From sequence record QB031382.1: a stretch of 64,000 bases of DNA; one strand, given 5' to 3'. Positions 27,149 to 36,731 of the stretch are shown here, piece after piece (the first letter of the stretch is position 1; each line of letters opens with the position of its first letter). A model generated the notes under the pieces. The model did not search any database. It was not told where the DNA came from and saw only the letters and a list, made by a program, of their open reading frames with translations. The translations under genes and the position numbers were made by a program. Origin of the DNA: a phage.

Positions 27149-27343
27149 TTAGAATATTGCTTCTTCCATTGCACCTGAGAGCAACAAAGAGGTAATATGG
27201 CTAACATTCATCTCAGACTCTACTTCCTCCCCTTTGAAAGGTTCGCGGCAGAATAGGACTGTTTCAGGACTTTTACTTCGAACAATATAATACAAATCAT
27301 TCAAAGTGTTGTAGTAATAAGTGTTAAAACGTAAGTTTTTCAT
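27149..27343 (-). CDS. hypothetical protein
   Basis: Track ORF. Confidence 0.45.
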   Translation of the reverse strand: MKNLRFNTYYYNTLNDLYYIVRSKSPETVLFCREPFKGEEVESEMNVSHITSLLLSGAMEEAIF

Positions 27344-27627
27344 TTTCTAGTCCCCTTCTTAGATTTTTGTGAAGAAACGCTTTCTGCAATACGAGACAGG
27401 CGTTCTTCTGAAGCTTTACCTACCCCAGGTTTCTTGAGCGGGTTATCTTTATGACCGCAATCCAATTGGATGCTAGATACCTCTCCAACCTTGTAAGTCA
27501 ATTCTAGCAAAAGGTTGTCGTCCTTGTCAAATGTTTTTACGATAAATTTTTTATCGTCCTCCTGAACTTCATACCTAGTACCTGCAGTATACAGCATGGT
27601 GCCATCAGTGTAGGATATCCAAATCAT
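27340..27627 (-). CDS. hypothetical protein
   Basis: Track ORF; 4-nt overlaps. Confidence 0.5.
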   Translation of the reverse strand: MIWISYTDGTMLYTAGTRYEVQEDDKKFIVKTFDKDDNLLLELTYKVGEVSSIQLDCGHKDNPLKKPGVGKASEERLSRIAESVSSQKSKKGTRK

Positions 27628-27971
27628 TGCACCTCCTTCTGCTGCAACAGCATTAACTCTTTGTTGGAAATCTTTACTACTGTCTTTATTGTTCCATCTT
27701 CACGGAACCACGACCAGAATTCTACAGTGTCACCACTATCAAGCAAGGCATGACCATGGTAAAAATCCTTGTCCTTAGACAGTTTCTCATCTATATCTGC
27801 ATCGACACATTCGTGATCCATAGCATTTTGCCTGAATGCATCGGTTATGCCAATGCATGCCTTGCTCTCAAGACTGGCATATCCGATATCTTTTAATTCA
27901 GTTTCCCAAACCCAGAACCCTATAAAAGCCACAACAGCTACCCACATTAATATCGATTTAATCTTTGACAT
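27624..27971 (-). CDS. hypothetical membrane-anchored protein
   Basis: Track ORF; N-terminal hydrophobic helix. Confidence 0.5.
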   Translation of the reverse strand: MSKIKSILMWVAVVAFIGFWVWETELKDIGYASLESKACIGITDAFRQNAMDHECVDADIDEKLSKDKDFYHGHALLDSGDTVEFWSWFREDGTIKTVVKISNKELMLLQQKEVQ

Positions 27972-28031
27972 TCTCTCTACCTCTTTCTTAATTTGTTTAA
28001 TTATGGCACATCCTTTGTGCCTTGTTGCACA

Positions 28032-28502
28032 CTACTTAGACAACAGTTCAAAATAGTGCAAAATTAACAGAAGTTGAATTACGCCTAGCACAACGGTAAG
28101 TATGTTAATCTTAGAATCAAAAAACTTCTTAACTTTTACTCTAAAAGGTTCCTTAATGTCCTTTACGATCCTATCTATAGATGACCTCATATCTCTGATT
28201 ACCATCCTGAACATTAAAGACGGATGCTCCCCCATCTCTGTAACGGAATCGAAAACATACTCTCTTCGGTCATAAGGGCCGCCAGCTCTGCGTATTAACC
28301 TCTCCACAGAGACCTCGAACGTCACACCTGTAACGTAATCATCTATAACAAGTCGTGACGGGTCTTTACCTTTACTATCAAGAGGTATCAAAGTTATCTT
28401 TCCAGATTTTGTTAAAATTTCTCCTTTTTCAAGCAAGGTGTACCAATGCTCTCTACCAAGATTGTTGAGGCACGTTTTTACATATTTAACAAACATCGTC
28501 AC
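28032..28502 (-). CDS. hypothetical protein with C-terminal hydrophobic helix
   Basis: Track ORF. Confidence 0.5.
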   Translation of the reverse strand: MTMFVKYVKTCLNNLGREHWYTLLEKGEILTKSGKITLIPLDSKGKDPSRLVIDDYVTGVTFEVSVERLIRRAGGPYDRREYVFDSVTEMGEHPSLMFRMVIRDMRSSIDRIVKDIKEPFRVKVKKFFDSKINILTVVLGVIQLLLILHYFELLSK

Positions 28503-28702
28503 CCCTTATCGCACGTCTGATATAACCATTCTATGAAATCTTGATACCACTCTCCCTCTGAGCGCTCCGTAGGCCAATAATCTTCCCCCTCTCTTGCATT
28601 AAAATCTGAGTATTCGACTTTCCACTCCTTTACCAGCTCGTGGAGAAGGTTTTCAGCCTGTTCTAAGGATTTATTTTTTGTCATTACTGTCCCCTTTTTC
28701 AA
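28499..28702 (-). CDS. hypothetical protein
   Basis: Track ORF. Confidence 0.5.
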   Translation of the reverse strand: MKKGTVMTKNKSLEQAENLLHELVKEWKVEYSDFNAREGEDYWPTERSEGEWYQDFIEWLYQTCDKG

Positions 28703-28904
28703 GATAATTATACATCAGTGCCGCGCCACCCAAAATGGCTACTAGCAGTAATACTCCAGAGAGCATTTCAATAAACATGGCTTGAAACATTAGAAGGCCC
28801 CCTCTAATTTCACGCACCATTTTAAATACATACTCTTTTCCCATGAAGATGCTAAACTAAGGTCTGTATAGAATGCAATCTCCCTAAGAACAGCATAAAC
28901 AGTT

Positions 28905-29141
28905 TCAGGCACTGTTACCATTCTTATCTGCCTCCTTCATTTTCCTGACGGTTTTACAGTGATCTACCAAGCACATAACCACAATGAAGAGAACAATAGG
29001 CCAAAAAGGTGCGGCAGTGATTATAGTTATAAAGTCGTCAAACTTAATTTTTCTACAAGATATGATGCAAAGAGTTGCTAAAACAACCATTGTCAGAAAG
29101 GTCAATGCGCAATACCAAACCAGCACAGTGTCTATAGTCAT
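28905..29141 (-). CDS. hypothetical membrane protein
   Basis: Track ORF; two hydrophobic helices. Confidence 0.5.
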   Translation of the reverse strand: MTIDTVLVWYCALTFLTMVVLATLCIISCRKIKFDDFITIITAAPFWPIVLFIVVMCLVDHCKTVRKMKEADKNGNSA

Positions 29142-29142
29142 A

Positions 29143-29670
29143 CTATATCTCCTGGTTCAAACTGTTAAGAAAGGATACCCTGTCTTCGCTATTTTTCTCT
29201 GTGATGTACCCTCCAAACATGGAAAGAATCACATGCTTCAAGTAATCTTTTTCTGGGTCGCTTAGATGATTGCGTGGCTTTATTTCCACATCATGGTAGT
29301 CATACAATCCACAATCATGATACCCCCAGTATCGACACACCTCAATACTGATCGGGAGTTTTTTGTCACACGAAACTTTCCAACGGGTTACGTTGTTACC
29401 AGGAGATAAATCCTCTCCCACCTTCACGAATGACAAATCATAATTCATAAACTTTTCGTACAGTTTAAGTACAAAACCTTCTACCTGTGGAGAAACACCA
29501 GCCACTAGCTGGGCGTATCTATATTTACTTTCAATAATTTTTCGGCGCTTTGCTGTAAGGTTTATTGCAGCAATTTGACTCTCCGAGTATCTCCAAGGCT
29601 TATATATAAATGCTTTCGGGTCTTTATCGCCATAAAAATCTTTCCAATCAACTAGCAGCATACCTGTCAC
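29143..29670 (-). CDS. hypothetical protein
   Basis: Track ORF. Confidence 0.5.
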   Translation of the reverse strand: MTGMLLVDWKDFYGDKDPKAFIYKPWRYSESQIAAINLTAKRRKIIESKYRYAQLVAGVSPQVEGFVLKLYEKFMNYDLSFVKVGEDLSPGNNVTRWKVSCDKKLPISIEVCRYWGYHDCGLYDYHDVEIKPRNHLSDPEKDYLKHVILSMFGGYITEKNSEDRVSFLNSLNQEI

Positions 29671-29900
29671 TCCTCCACAACTTCAAGGCCTTTGCCGCCT
29701 CGTTCTGGTAGATTACTTAAAGACAGGTAATACGTATAGTCAGGAGAGATCCTACCAGACTCTGCACCTGCAGATAGTAAATCTTTTCCCTTAACCATGA
29801 CAACATTATCGTTTGCAGATAGTCGTTTTGCTTCCACAGTTTTACCAACGCAGTCAACCAAGGAAGGGTACCCTAAATCTGTAAGAAATTTAACTTTCAT
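29667..29900 (-). CDS. hypothetical protein, KGxDLxAAGA family
   Basis: Track ORF; MKVKFL...VKGKDLLSAGAES. Confidence 0.55.
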   Translation of the reverse strand: MKVKFLTDLGYPSLVDCVGKTVEAKRLSANDNVVMVKGKDLLSAGAESGRISPDYTYYLSLSNLPERGGKGLEVVEE

Positions 29901-29939
29901 GCTACCTCCTACTTCTACCGTCCCTGGTAAGATAAATTA

Positions 29940-30338
29940 TTACTGAACAAAGCGCGGAGCTGGGAAGGATAACTCTTCTAAAGAGAAGATTTCATTCCCC
30001 ACAATCCATGTTGCCGGATCATCTGGGTTGACTGGATAGATAATCATCACCTCGTCCGGGTTACATACCCGCTTTTTACCTGTGGAGTTATCAGCAACCA
30101 GCATGCGCGGTTCTTCAGAAATGCACAGGTAGCCTCCTCGGCCCACTGTTCCTTCCACAGGGTCTTGTCCTTTGATCACGATGATTATCTTTTCACCTGA
30201 GGCGATATTACCTTGCACACTAACCGTTTGACCAACCTTAGATGTGCCAATCTTAGTGACTTCGAACATTGCATCCCGAATCACTGTTGCATAATCGCCA
30301 GACACTTTCTTACCTTCTTTAGTGATCTCAATCTTCAT
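29940..30338 (-). CDS. hypothetical protein
   Basis: Track ORF. Confidence 0.5.
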   Translation of the reverse strand: MKIEITKEGKKVSGDYATVIRDAMFEVTKIGTSKVGQTVSVQGNIASGEKIIIVIKGQDPVEGTVGRGGYLCISEEPRMLVADNSTGKKRVCNPDEVMIIYPVNPDDPATWIVGNEIFSLEELSFPAPRFVQ

Positions 30339-30574
30339 ACACTGGGCTCCTTAAATGAATCTATGTAATCAATTAAATCCCAAGCATCCCTATGACCTGT
30401 CAAAGGGTATACTTCTCCAAGAGGGATCATAGCAATAAGTCTATCAAAAACCCAGTCTGGACGCAACATTTTATGATGATATTCCCACTCACCTTCTACA
30501 GACTTTTTCTGAGTGATCAGAATCTCTGTGTAGTGTTTTGCCTGTCTTGAGTAGATTGAAAATGACTTGTACAT
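30335..30574 (-). CDS. hypothetical protein
   Basis: Track ORF. Confidence 0.5.
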   Translation of the reverse strand: MYKSFSIYSRQAKHYTEILITQKKSVEGEWEYHHKMLRPDWVFDRLIAMIPLGEVYPLTGHRDAWDLIDYIDSFKEPSV

Positions 30575-30611
30575 AGATGACCCCTCCTCTTGTTGAAAAC
30601 AAAATACACTA

Positions 30612-30896
30612 CTACCAGGTCACTGTCAAGTAGGCAACCGTGTTATTTTTCTCCGGAGAGATGCCAACAACATCCACCTGCAGACCTCCTGCCCTCAAAT
30701 CCCCAACGATGTGTGGGAAGTAGTCTGAGAGGTGCGATGGGAGATTTATCGAAAATCCGCATCCCAGAAAGCCTGCTAACGCTTTATTTTGTATCTCCCC
30801 TACAATCGCATCATAAATGGAGTTAAGCTCGTCAGGAAGAGTTACAGGACGTTTTAGCGCTAACTGGTGCAACTTGTCCTTAGCACTCATTTTCAT
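30612..30896 (-). CDS. hypothetical protein
   Basis: Track ORF 30612..30965 trimmed to ATG 30896, which forms an ATGA overlap with the upstream stop. Confidence 0.45.
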   Translation of the reverse strand: MKMSAKDKLHQLALKRPVTLPDELNSIYDAIVGEIQNKALAGFLGCGFSINLPSHLSDYFPHIVGDLRAGGLQVDVVGISPEKNNTVAYLTVTW

Positions 30897-31426
30897 TTCA
30901 GGTCTACCTCTGGAGGTGCCAACCACATAAATGGCGGCAGGTCTAAACGGTTCTTCTTGTCCCACACAAAATATGCATATGCTTGCCCGTCAGTTCTGCC
31001 ATTCGATTGGAATGATGGACGCTTAGATATTGTGATCACAGTGGTAGGTGCATTATCAAGCCACCATTCAAATCTGGCTTTGCTTTCCAGAAAATTAAGA
31101 CGCAAAAGCATAATAACTACGTCAGCATCTTTCAACGCCTTGTCTACAAACTCACGAGCCAGGCTGTACGGTGGGTTGGTGATAATACAGTCAACATGGT
31201 TGTATTCTGTATTCAGATAGTCAACACCTTCTTGGATTTCTCCCCATGCAGATCCTAATGGCATACGGGAGTAGAACACACCTGAGGCGCTGTTCCTGCA
31301 AGGCTCTAGGTAGGTCCAGTCTTCTGGGAACGGAATAAGGTCATACAGCCCTTCTGCACACCACTCCGGTGTCACATACTCGTCGTAAGCGTTACGTTGT
31401 TCATCAGGTTTTCTAGCACAAGTCAT
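30893..31426 (-). CDS. putative DNA methyltransferase (N6-adenine or N4-cytosine)
   Basis: DCIITNPPYS (motif IV NPPY) and upstream EPCRNSASGVF. Confidence 0.55.
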   Translation of the reverse strand: MTCARKPDEQRNAYDEYVTPEWCAEGLYDLIPFPEDWTYLEPCRNSASGVFYSRMPLGSAWGEIQEGVDYLNTEYNHVDCIITNPPYSLAREFVDKALKDADVVIMLLRLNFLESKARFEWWLDNAPTTVITISKRPSFQSNGRTDGQAYAYFVWDKKNRLDLPPFMWLAPPEVDLK

Positions 31427-31445
31427 GCAAATCTCCAGATCATAA

Positions 31446-31465
31446 AAGCCCTCCGAAGAGGGCTT
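31446..31465 (-). terminator. possible terminator
   Basis: AAGCCCTC-CGAA-GAGGGCTT hairpin just downstream of the ClpP-like gene; weak U-tract. Confidence 0.45.
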
Positions 31466-31477
31466 TAGAATTAATGT

Positions 31478-32527
31478 TTAAGCTTCTTCGACAATTCCTG
31501 CACCCAGGATTTTTTCATTGAGCTCTTTTGCTGTTTTAATAATATTGTCCACCAGACGCTTGCGGGTCTTATCTTTAACCTGAACTTCTTCACCTCCGTT
31601 CAGGGTGGTTTTCAATTGGGACAAAATGTCCTGAAGCTCTACCACAGAGAATCGCTGCAGATCTTCCGAGGTAATCTCACCCAGTGCAATCTTAACGGTC
31701 TCGCCACTCTCCATCTGCAGATTCAGGAACACAGTGTGAACATCACCTTTCACACCATTTGCTTTTGCAGACTCAACAGCATGAACCAGCTCGTCCAGAG
31801 ATGTGCATTGGTGAATCTCTGGCAGGCCTGCTTCACCTAGCACACCTTCTTCATCACTTTTTGCCAGAAGCTTTTTCGGTTTCTGTCCATTCTGAATGCG
31901 CTGAATGTTTTCATCGTCCAGAATAATAGCACCAGTTCGAGATGCCAGCTCTTCTCCATCTAACCACACTTCGCCGCCAGCTGTGATGGATGCGATCTCA
32001 TCTTCTGTTAGCACTCCACCGTAGTATTTTTCGATCAGGCGTTCAAAACGTTTCTTCCAGTAGTTGACCTGGGTATTCATGTTCACACCGTTACCATAGG
32101 TGCCACCTTGATAATAGTGGAACATAAATTCTGTGTCCGGAGCCACAGTTCGTTCTTTGCAACCCAGCCATAAGATTGTTCCTGCTGAACAGCACATCCC
32201 TTCAGCGTGTACAACAACGCTTGCCTGAGACTCGCGGAATGCCTGCAAATACGCCATAGCAATGTGAACGCAACCACCAGGGCTGTTAATGATTACACGG
32301 ATACTTTCTTCTGGCTGAGCCATACGAATCGTCTGTAGACGAGACATATGATCTTGCAGGTCGTCCAAATCGTCAATATAAAGAACGTGGTCAACAACAG
32401 GTGTTGGGTAGCTGTATGTTTCCATAATACCACCAGGCATACCAAACATTTTGTTACTCATAGGTTCGAAACCGTTCTGTTTTTCTTTCATGCCGTGTAC
32501 CATGGTGCTGCGAGGTGTTAAATTCAT
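31478..32527 (-). CDS. ClpP-like serine protease with C-terminal coiled-coil extension
   Basis: VIINSPGGCVH and GMCCSAGTILW resemble ClpP/S14 motifs. Confidence 0.55.
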   Translation of the reverse strand: MNLTPRSTMVHGMKEKQNGFEPMSNKMFGMPGGIMETYSYPTPVVDHVLYIDDLDDLQDHMSRLQTIRMAQPEESIRVIINSPGGCVHIAMAYLQAFRESQASVVVHAEGMCCSAGTILWLGCKERTVAPDTEFMFHYYQGGTYGNGVNMNTQVNYWKKRFERLIEKYYGGVLTEDEIASITAGGEVWLDGEELASRTGAIILDDENIQRIQNGQKPKKLLAKSDEEGVLGEAGLPEIHQCTSLDELVHAVESAKANGVKGDVHTVFLNLQMESGETVKIALGEITSEDLQRFSVVELQDILSQLKTTLNGGEEVQVKDKTRKRLVDNIIKTAKELNEKILGAGIVEEA

Positions 32528-32587
32528 GAGAAATCCTTAATATTGGAAGTTGAAAGCTATTTATTTAAACCTGATTCACATTTACCT

Positions 32588-32899
32588 TTATTTAGCAATC
32601 ACTATAGAATACTTACGATTGTCAGAAGCATCACAGCTCAATGATTGCCAGTCTACCACATACCACGTATCATTGTCAACAATTACTTTATCGCCTGTTC
32701 TGTAGCAGGTGCTGCTTTCAATAATCCGAGACTCGATAAAGAATCTGTGTCGGCGCTCACGTAGCAACGCTAAGTTGATTATATTACCACCACTGTCCTT
32801 GGTCCACACATTCTTGGATCCCTTATTTGCCAAAATTGTCTCGCCGTTATATACAAACAGGCAGTATATTTTATTCAGTCTCTCTTGTATTGTAGCCAT
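32588..32899 (-). CDS. hypothetical protein
   Basis: Track ORF; RBS AAGGAG; own promoter with -35 TTGACA (complement of 32965-32970). Confidence 0.55.
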   Translation of the reverse strand: MATIQERLNKIYCLFVYNGETILANKGSKNVWTKDSGGNIINLALLRERRHRFFIESRIIESSTCYRTGDKVIVDNDTWYVVDWQSLSCDASDNRKYSIVIAK

Positions 32900-32925
32900 A
32901 CTGTGCCCTTCTCCTTGTTTTGTTC

Positions 32926-32946
32926 AATAATAATAATAATAATAAT
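32926..32946. repeat. (AAT)7 microsatellite
   Basis: Seven perfect AAT units; on the minus strand they overlap the -10 and start of the 5-prime UTR of gene 32588..32899. Confidence 0.9.
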
Positions 32947-32988
32947 ATCTAAAGCTCACCTGTTTGTCAACAACTGTTTTAGATATTT

Positions 32989-33009
32989 AAGGGTGGAATA
33001 ACCACCCTT
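32989..33009 (-). terminator. rho-independent terminator after phoH
   Basis: AAGGGTGG-loop-CCACCCTT 8-bp stem; minus strand continues UUAAAUAUC. Confidence 0.6.
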
Positions 33010-33014
33010 CTGTA

Positions 33015-33803
33015 TTACTCGGAAACAGGAGTCCAAATATGATTTGCACGATCCTCAATAAGATTGAGTGCAATCTGACGGCCCAACCCGGAACGAACGA
33101 CATCGTCTGGACTATCAAAGCTAATCATTCCAACCTCAGGATCTGGATGACGAGTAAAGAAATCCGTCACCCATGCAAGGCCAGATTTACCAGGGATGTC
33201 ACGTTGGCTATTATCACCCATAATTACAAGGGTGGCCTGATCAGAGATCCTTGTGATGATTGACAACATTTCTTCAGGATTGGTTTGCTGTGCTTCATCA
33301 ATAAGGACAAAGCATCGTTCATCAAAACTACGACCACGAATGCTTTCAACCTCACAAATCTCGATACGGCTGTTCTGACCGTCCCCAAGCATTGCTGCAA
33401 AAGCACCTTTGCCAACACGACGACAAATAGTGTCCATCATGCTTCGAAGATAGGGCCACAGTTTCTGCATTGCATTTCCGGGTTTAAATCCTGAAGTCTT
33501 TCCTGTCTGAACGTAAGGACGTGCAACAATGATCTTATCAATCTCGTTCTTGCGCAGAAGATCACCTGCATATGCAGATGCCATGAATGTCTTACCGGAT
33601 CCAAACACACCGTTTACAATGATAATCTTACGCGACCCTAGATAATCAAGATACTTTTGCTGCTTTTTATTCATTGGTCGGAGAGCTGGAGCGGTGTGCT
33701 CTCGTTCGTCAGCAAATTTTTCAGCAGCCTTACGCAGGCGATCAGATTTGCGAGCCTCTCTAGCTTCATCACGCATGCGTTTTGTTTCTTTAGCTCGACC
33801 CAT
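33015..33803 (-). CDS. phoH: PhoH-like ATPase
   Basis: Walker A GVFGSGKTFMA and overall PhoH-like layout. Confidence 0.8.
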   Translation of the reverse strand: MGRAKETKRMRDEAREARKSDRLRKAAEKFADEREHTAPALRPMNKKQQKYLDYLGSRKIIIVNGVFGSGKTFMASAYAGDLLRKNEIDKIIVARPYVQTGKTSGFKPGNAMQKLWPYLRSMMDTICRRVGKGAFAAMLGDGQNSRIEICEVESIRGRSFDERCFVLIDEAQQTNPEEMLSIITRISDQATLVIMGDNSQRDIPGKSGLAWVTDFFTRHPDPEVGMISFDSPDDVVRSGLGRQIALNLIEDRANHIWTPVSE

Positions 33804-33842
33804 GTTGGGACTCCTTTCAGATTGAGATGTGCCAAGTACTTT

Positions 33843-34193
33843 TTACTGCAATAGTTTTTCAATAGCCGCTTCCATGCTGCTTGCAACAGCCTGAACTCGG
33901 ATATTCATCTCTTCTTGGTGGATCAGCTCCTTAAGCTCTTTAATGGTAAATTCTTTAGAGAAACCTTCCACCATAATCTTGTGTAAGGCTTCTTGCGTGT
34001 CTACCTGCAAGAACTTTTCCAGTTTGTTGGCAGAGGCTTCTAAATCAGCCCGAATACGAGGGTCATCTGTGCGATTCAGCATCAGGCGTAAGCCATCAAG
34101 ATTAGTAGAAATAGCGTCTGCATGTTGAGTAACTAATCGTGGCAAAATGAGATCTACAAACTTATTAGCCAAATCGATACGTTCTTGTGTCAC
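33843..34193 (-). CDS. hypothetical protein
   Basis: Track ORF; GTG start overlaps stop of upstream small ORF. Confidence 0.45.
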   Translation of the reverse strand: MTQERIDLANKFVDLILPRLVTQHADAISTNLDGLRLMLNRTDDPRIRADLEASANKLEKFLQVDTQEALHKIMVEGFSKEFTIKELKELIHQEEMNIRVQAVASSMEAAIEKLLQ

Positions 34194-34303
34194 TGTTGCA
34201 CCCCCTCTTCATCCTCATGATGTTTCTTTTCATGCTTGTGTTTTTTCTTAAGCTCAAGCGCAATCTCTTTTTTGTACGCCTTCTTCAAGGCCTTTTTAGC
34301 CAT
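34190..34303 (-). CDS. small lysine-rich basic protein, 37 aa, absent from track
   Basis: ATG at 34303 after GAGGAGG; hand translation MAKKALKKAYKKEIALELKKKHKHEKKHHEDEEGVQQ. Confidence 0.45.
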   Translation of the reverse strand: MAKKALKKAYKKEIALELKKKHKHEKKHHEDEEGVQQ

Positions 34304-34365
34304 TTGGCACCTCCTCTGCTTTCATTACGCTAATTATAACCAACTTAACAAGACTTTGTCAACAA

Positions 34366-34839
34366 TTAGTCAATCTGAACCCAACCGCCTGCTACCTTTT
34401 TAAACATTCTTTGGTTATCACTACCTCTGAAAGGTTTTTTGGTTGGTAAATCTTTTACATACTTTCCATCAATGACGATATCAGCCAGTTTAAGAACATC
34501 ACTAGAGATATGCTCAAATGTGAACCCAGTATACACAAGAATAGTTTTCTTGTCACCAAACTTTTCCTTAATTCTCCTCATAAGGTCAATAATACCTGGC
34601 TCATTATAAGTAGCCAAAGGCTCTCCACCAAGTAAAGAAATACCGCATACAGATTCATTGTCTAAATCCAACAAAATTTTCTGCAAATCTTCTTCGGTGA
34701 ACTCTCTTCCTTTATCTTTTGACCAAAATGCTTGATTAAAGCAACCGGGACAAGCGTGTGGGCACCCAGATACCCACAAAGCTGTCCTAATACCTGGCCC
34801 CTCGGTGTAAGATATCTCTGTATACCCGACAATATTCAT
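34366..34839 (-). CDS. nrdG: anaerobic ribonucleotide reductase activating protein
   Basis: GCPHACPGC cysteine motif; track ORF 34366..34857 trimmed to ATG 34839 (MNIVGYT), which forms an ATGA overlap with the upstream small ORF. Confidence 0.75.
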   Translation of the reverse strand: MNIVGYTEISYTEGPGIRTALWVSGCPHACPGCFNQAFWSKDKGREFTEEDLQKILLDLDNESVCGISLLGGEPLATYNEPGIIDLMRRIKEKFGDKKTILVYTGFTFEHISSDVLKLADIVIDGKYVKDLPTKKPFRGSDNQRMFKKVAGGWVQID

Positions 34840-34952
34840 ACATACTCCGCATCGCATTTAGGACAATGCCAAATAAAATCGTCCAGTGCCTTACACCAAC
34901 GAAGATTGCAATGACAACCACACTTGCAAATTTTATAAATACCTGTAGACAT
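34836..34952 (-). CDS. small Cys-rich zinc-ribbon-like protein, 38 aa, absent from track
   Basis: ATG at 34952 after GGAGGTG; hand translation MSTGIYKICKCGCHCNLRWCKALDDFIWHCPKCDAEYV. Confidence 0.45.
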   Translation of the reverse strand: MSTGIYKICKCGCHCNLRWCKALDDFIWHCPKCDAEYV

Positions 34953-35015
34953 GCTGCACCTCCTAGTTTACTGTGTGACAACAATATGCCACATCCTTGT
35001 GACTTTTGTCAAGTA

Positions 35016-36008
35016 TCAGCAACCACAACTTCCGTAGTGCTTAACCCGTTCTATAACCTCCGCTTGCTTACCTTTATTGTAAGGACGGGAGTTTGGACTG
35101 GACAGATACCCGGATACACGTCTAATCACACTGATCGTTCCCTCTTCATGGTTTCCACACTCTGGGCATACAAAGCCTTTAGCTGTTGCACTGAACTCAC
35201 CAGAGAATCCACACTTAAGACATTTATCCACAGGCTGGTTAATACCAAAATACATAATGTGTTTATATCCGAAATCAACAAGAGCTTCCAAAGCATCTAA
35301 GTTGTTTTTCAGATTTGGTGTCTCTATGTACCCAATGTTGCCACCAGAGGAGATCATAGCAAAACCTTCCTCATACTTCCACTTATCAAAAGGCGAGCTA
35401 TTGATCCATACTGGCTGATGGAAACTGTTGGTGAGGTATTCATGCTCGTGCTTCAACACTTCTGGGTATTCACGATCCAGACAGGTTGCAGCTTTATAGC
35501 ATAAACTCTCAGAAGGTGTGCCGTACAAGCTAAATGCTAGTCCACTTTCCTTCTTGTATCGCTCACAAGCATCTTTCATGTGCTGAAGGATTCCAAGAGC
35601 TAAAGCCTTGTCACCCTCTCTGCCCAAAATCTGACAGGTTTCATACACACCAATATACCCAATACTGATGGAAGCGTACCCGTCATAGAAGAGTTTATCG
35701 ATACTCTCTTCAGGATCCAGGCGAGCAAGAGCTCCTTCACACCACATGATAGGGTTATGCCCTGCCTTTGTTCCTTTTAGACGGTTAACTCTTACAAGGT
35801 GAGCCTCATATGCCAAATCCAAATATTCGTCAAGAACTGCAAAGAAATCAACACCTTCCGTTTTAGCTTTTGCCGCAATCATTGGTAGGTTAAGGCTAAC
35901 AACACCCAAGTTGAATCTGCCAAGGTATTTCTCCTCGCCTGTTACAGGATCGCTATATTTCGATAAGAAACTTCTACACATTATGTTCAAGGTGGTTCGC
36001 AAGGCCAC
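35016..36008 (-). CDS. nrdD: anaerobic ribonucleotide reductase, C-terminal part
   Basis: Ends CLKCGF...CPECG...RRVSGYL (Zn site plus glycyl-radical RxSGY motif); track start is a GTG, true 5-prime boundary unknown. Confidence 0.75.
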   Translation of the reverse strand: MALRTTLNIMCRSFLSKYSDPVTGEEKYLGRFNLGVVSLNLPMIAAKAKTEGVDFFAVLDEYLDLAYEAHLVRVNRLKGTKAGHNPIMWCEGALARLDPEESIDKLFYDGYASISIGYIGVYETCQILGREGDKALALGILQHMKDACERYKKESGLAFSLYGTPSESLCYKAATCLDREYPEVLKHEHEYLTNSFHQPVWINSSPFDKWKYEEGFAMISSGGNIGYIETPNLKNNLDALEALVDFGYKHIMYFGINQPVDKCLKCGFSGEFSATAKGFVCPECGNHEEGTISVIRRVSGYLSSPNSRPYNKGKQAEVIERVKHYGSCGC

Positions 36009-36128
36009 CCCCGCACCATTACGTGCTGCTGCATGTCCCCATGCAGATCAGACTATATCTTCACACTTAGTGTGTCTACCATTTCGAGTGTCATCAGCTT
36101 ACACCCTACACCGCTACATTCATCACGG

Positions 36129-36638
36129 TTAGTCGTTAGGCATTTCGTAACAGAACTCGTAATCATAGTTATTAGGTGCACCACGTTTCAGGATAGCAGA
36201 TATTCTTTTTCTATCTATTCCTAAAACATCAGCACAACATCTCAGACTCTTAAAGTGAATAACCACACCAGTTAATTTGTGGGTGGCTTTCACCCCGTGA
36301 CATCTTGTGTAAAAAGCATAACAGTTGTTGTCGTATCCTTCTTGAGTATTGTCTGGGCAAGCTCCCCACTCAAGGTTGTATACGCTGTTATCTTTCCTGT
36401 TGTCACCTTTGTGCTTAACATATGGTAAATTGTCTGGATTTGGTAAAAACGCTTCAGCAACAAGTCTGTGAACCCTTAGGCAAACAGTCTTTTTGTTCTT
36501 GCGTATCCTGACAAGACGGTAACCTGTGTTTATCTCTTCCCACGAATGAATAATTCTTTCATTTTCGTATCGGGTGCAATAAACATTGCCCATCTCGTCA
36601 ATTTCATAACCTTCAAAATCACGAATTTGTTTTCTCAT
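36129..36638 (-). CDS. HNH homing endonuclease inserted in nrdD
   Basis: Track ORF 36129..36680 trimmed to ATG 36638 after AGAGGAG; GYEIDEMGNVY..RLVAEAF..HKGDNRKDNSVYNLEW resembles HNH homing endonucleases. Confidence 0.65.
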   Translation of the reverse strand: MRKQIRDFEGYEIDEMGNVYCTRYENERIIHSWEEINTGYRLVRIRKNKKTVCLRVHRLVAEAFLPNPDNLPYVKHKGDNRKDNSVYNLEWGACPDNTQEGYDNNCYAFYTRCHGVKATHKLTGVVIHFKSLRCCADVLGIDRKRISAILKRGAPNNYDYEFCYEMPND

Positions 36639-36731
36639 TTCAGGACTCCTCTTAGTCAGGAGTTCTGTTACGTTTAGCACGGGATTGTCCGTTCTGGAGT
36701 TTCCCCGTTTAGATAGATTTTACATGAGCAG

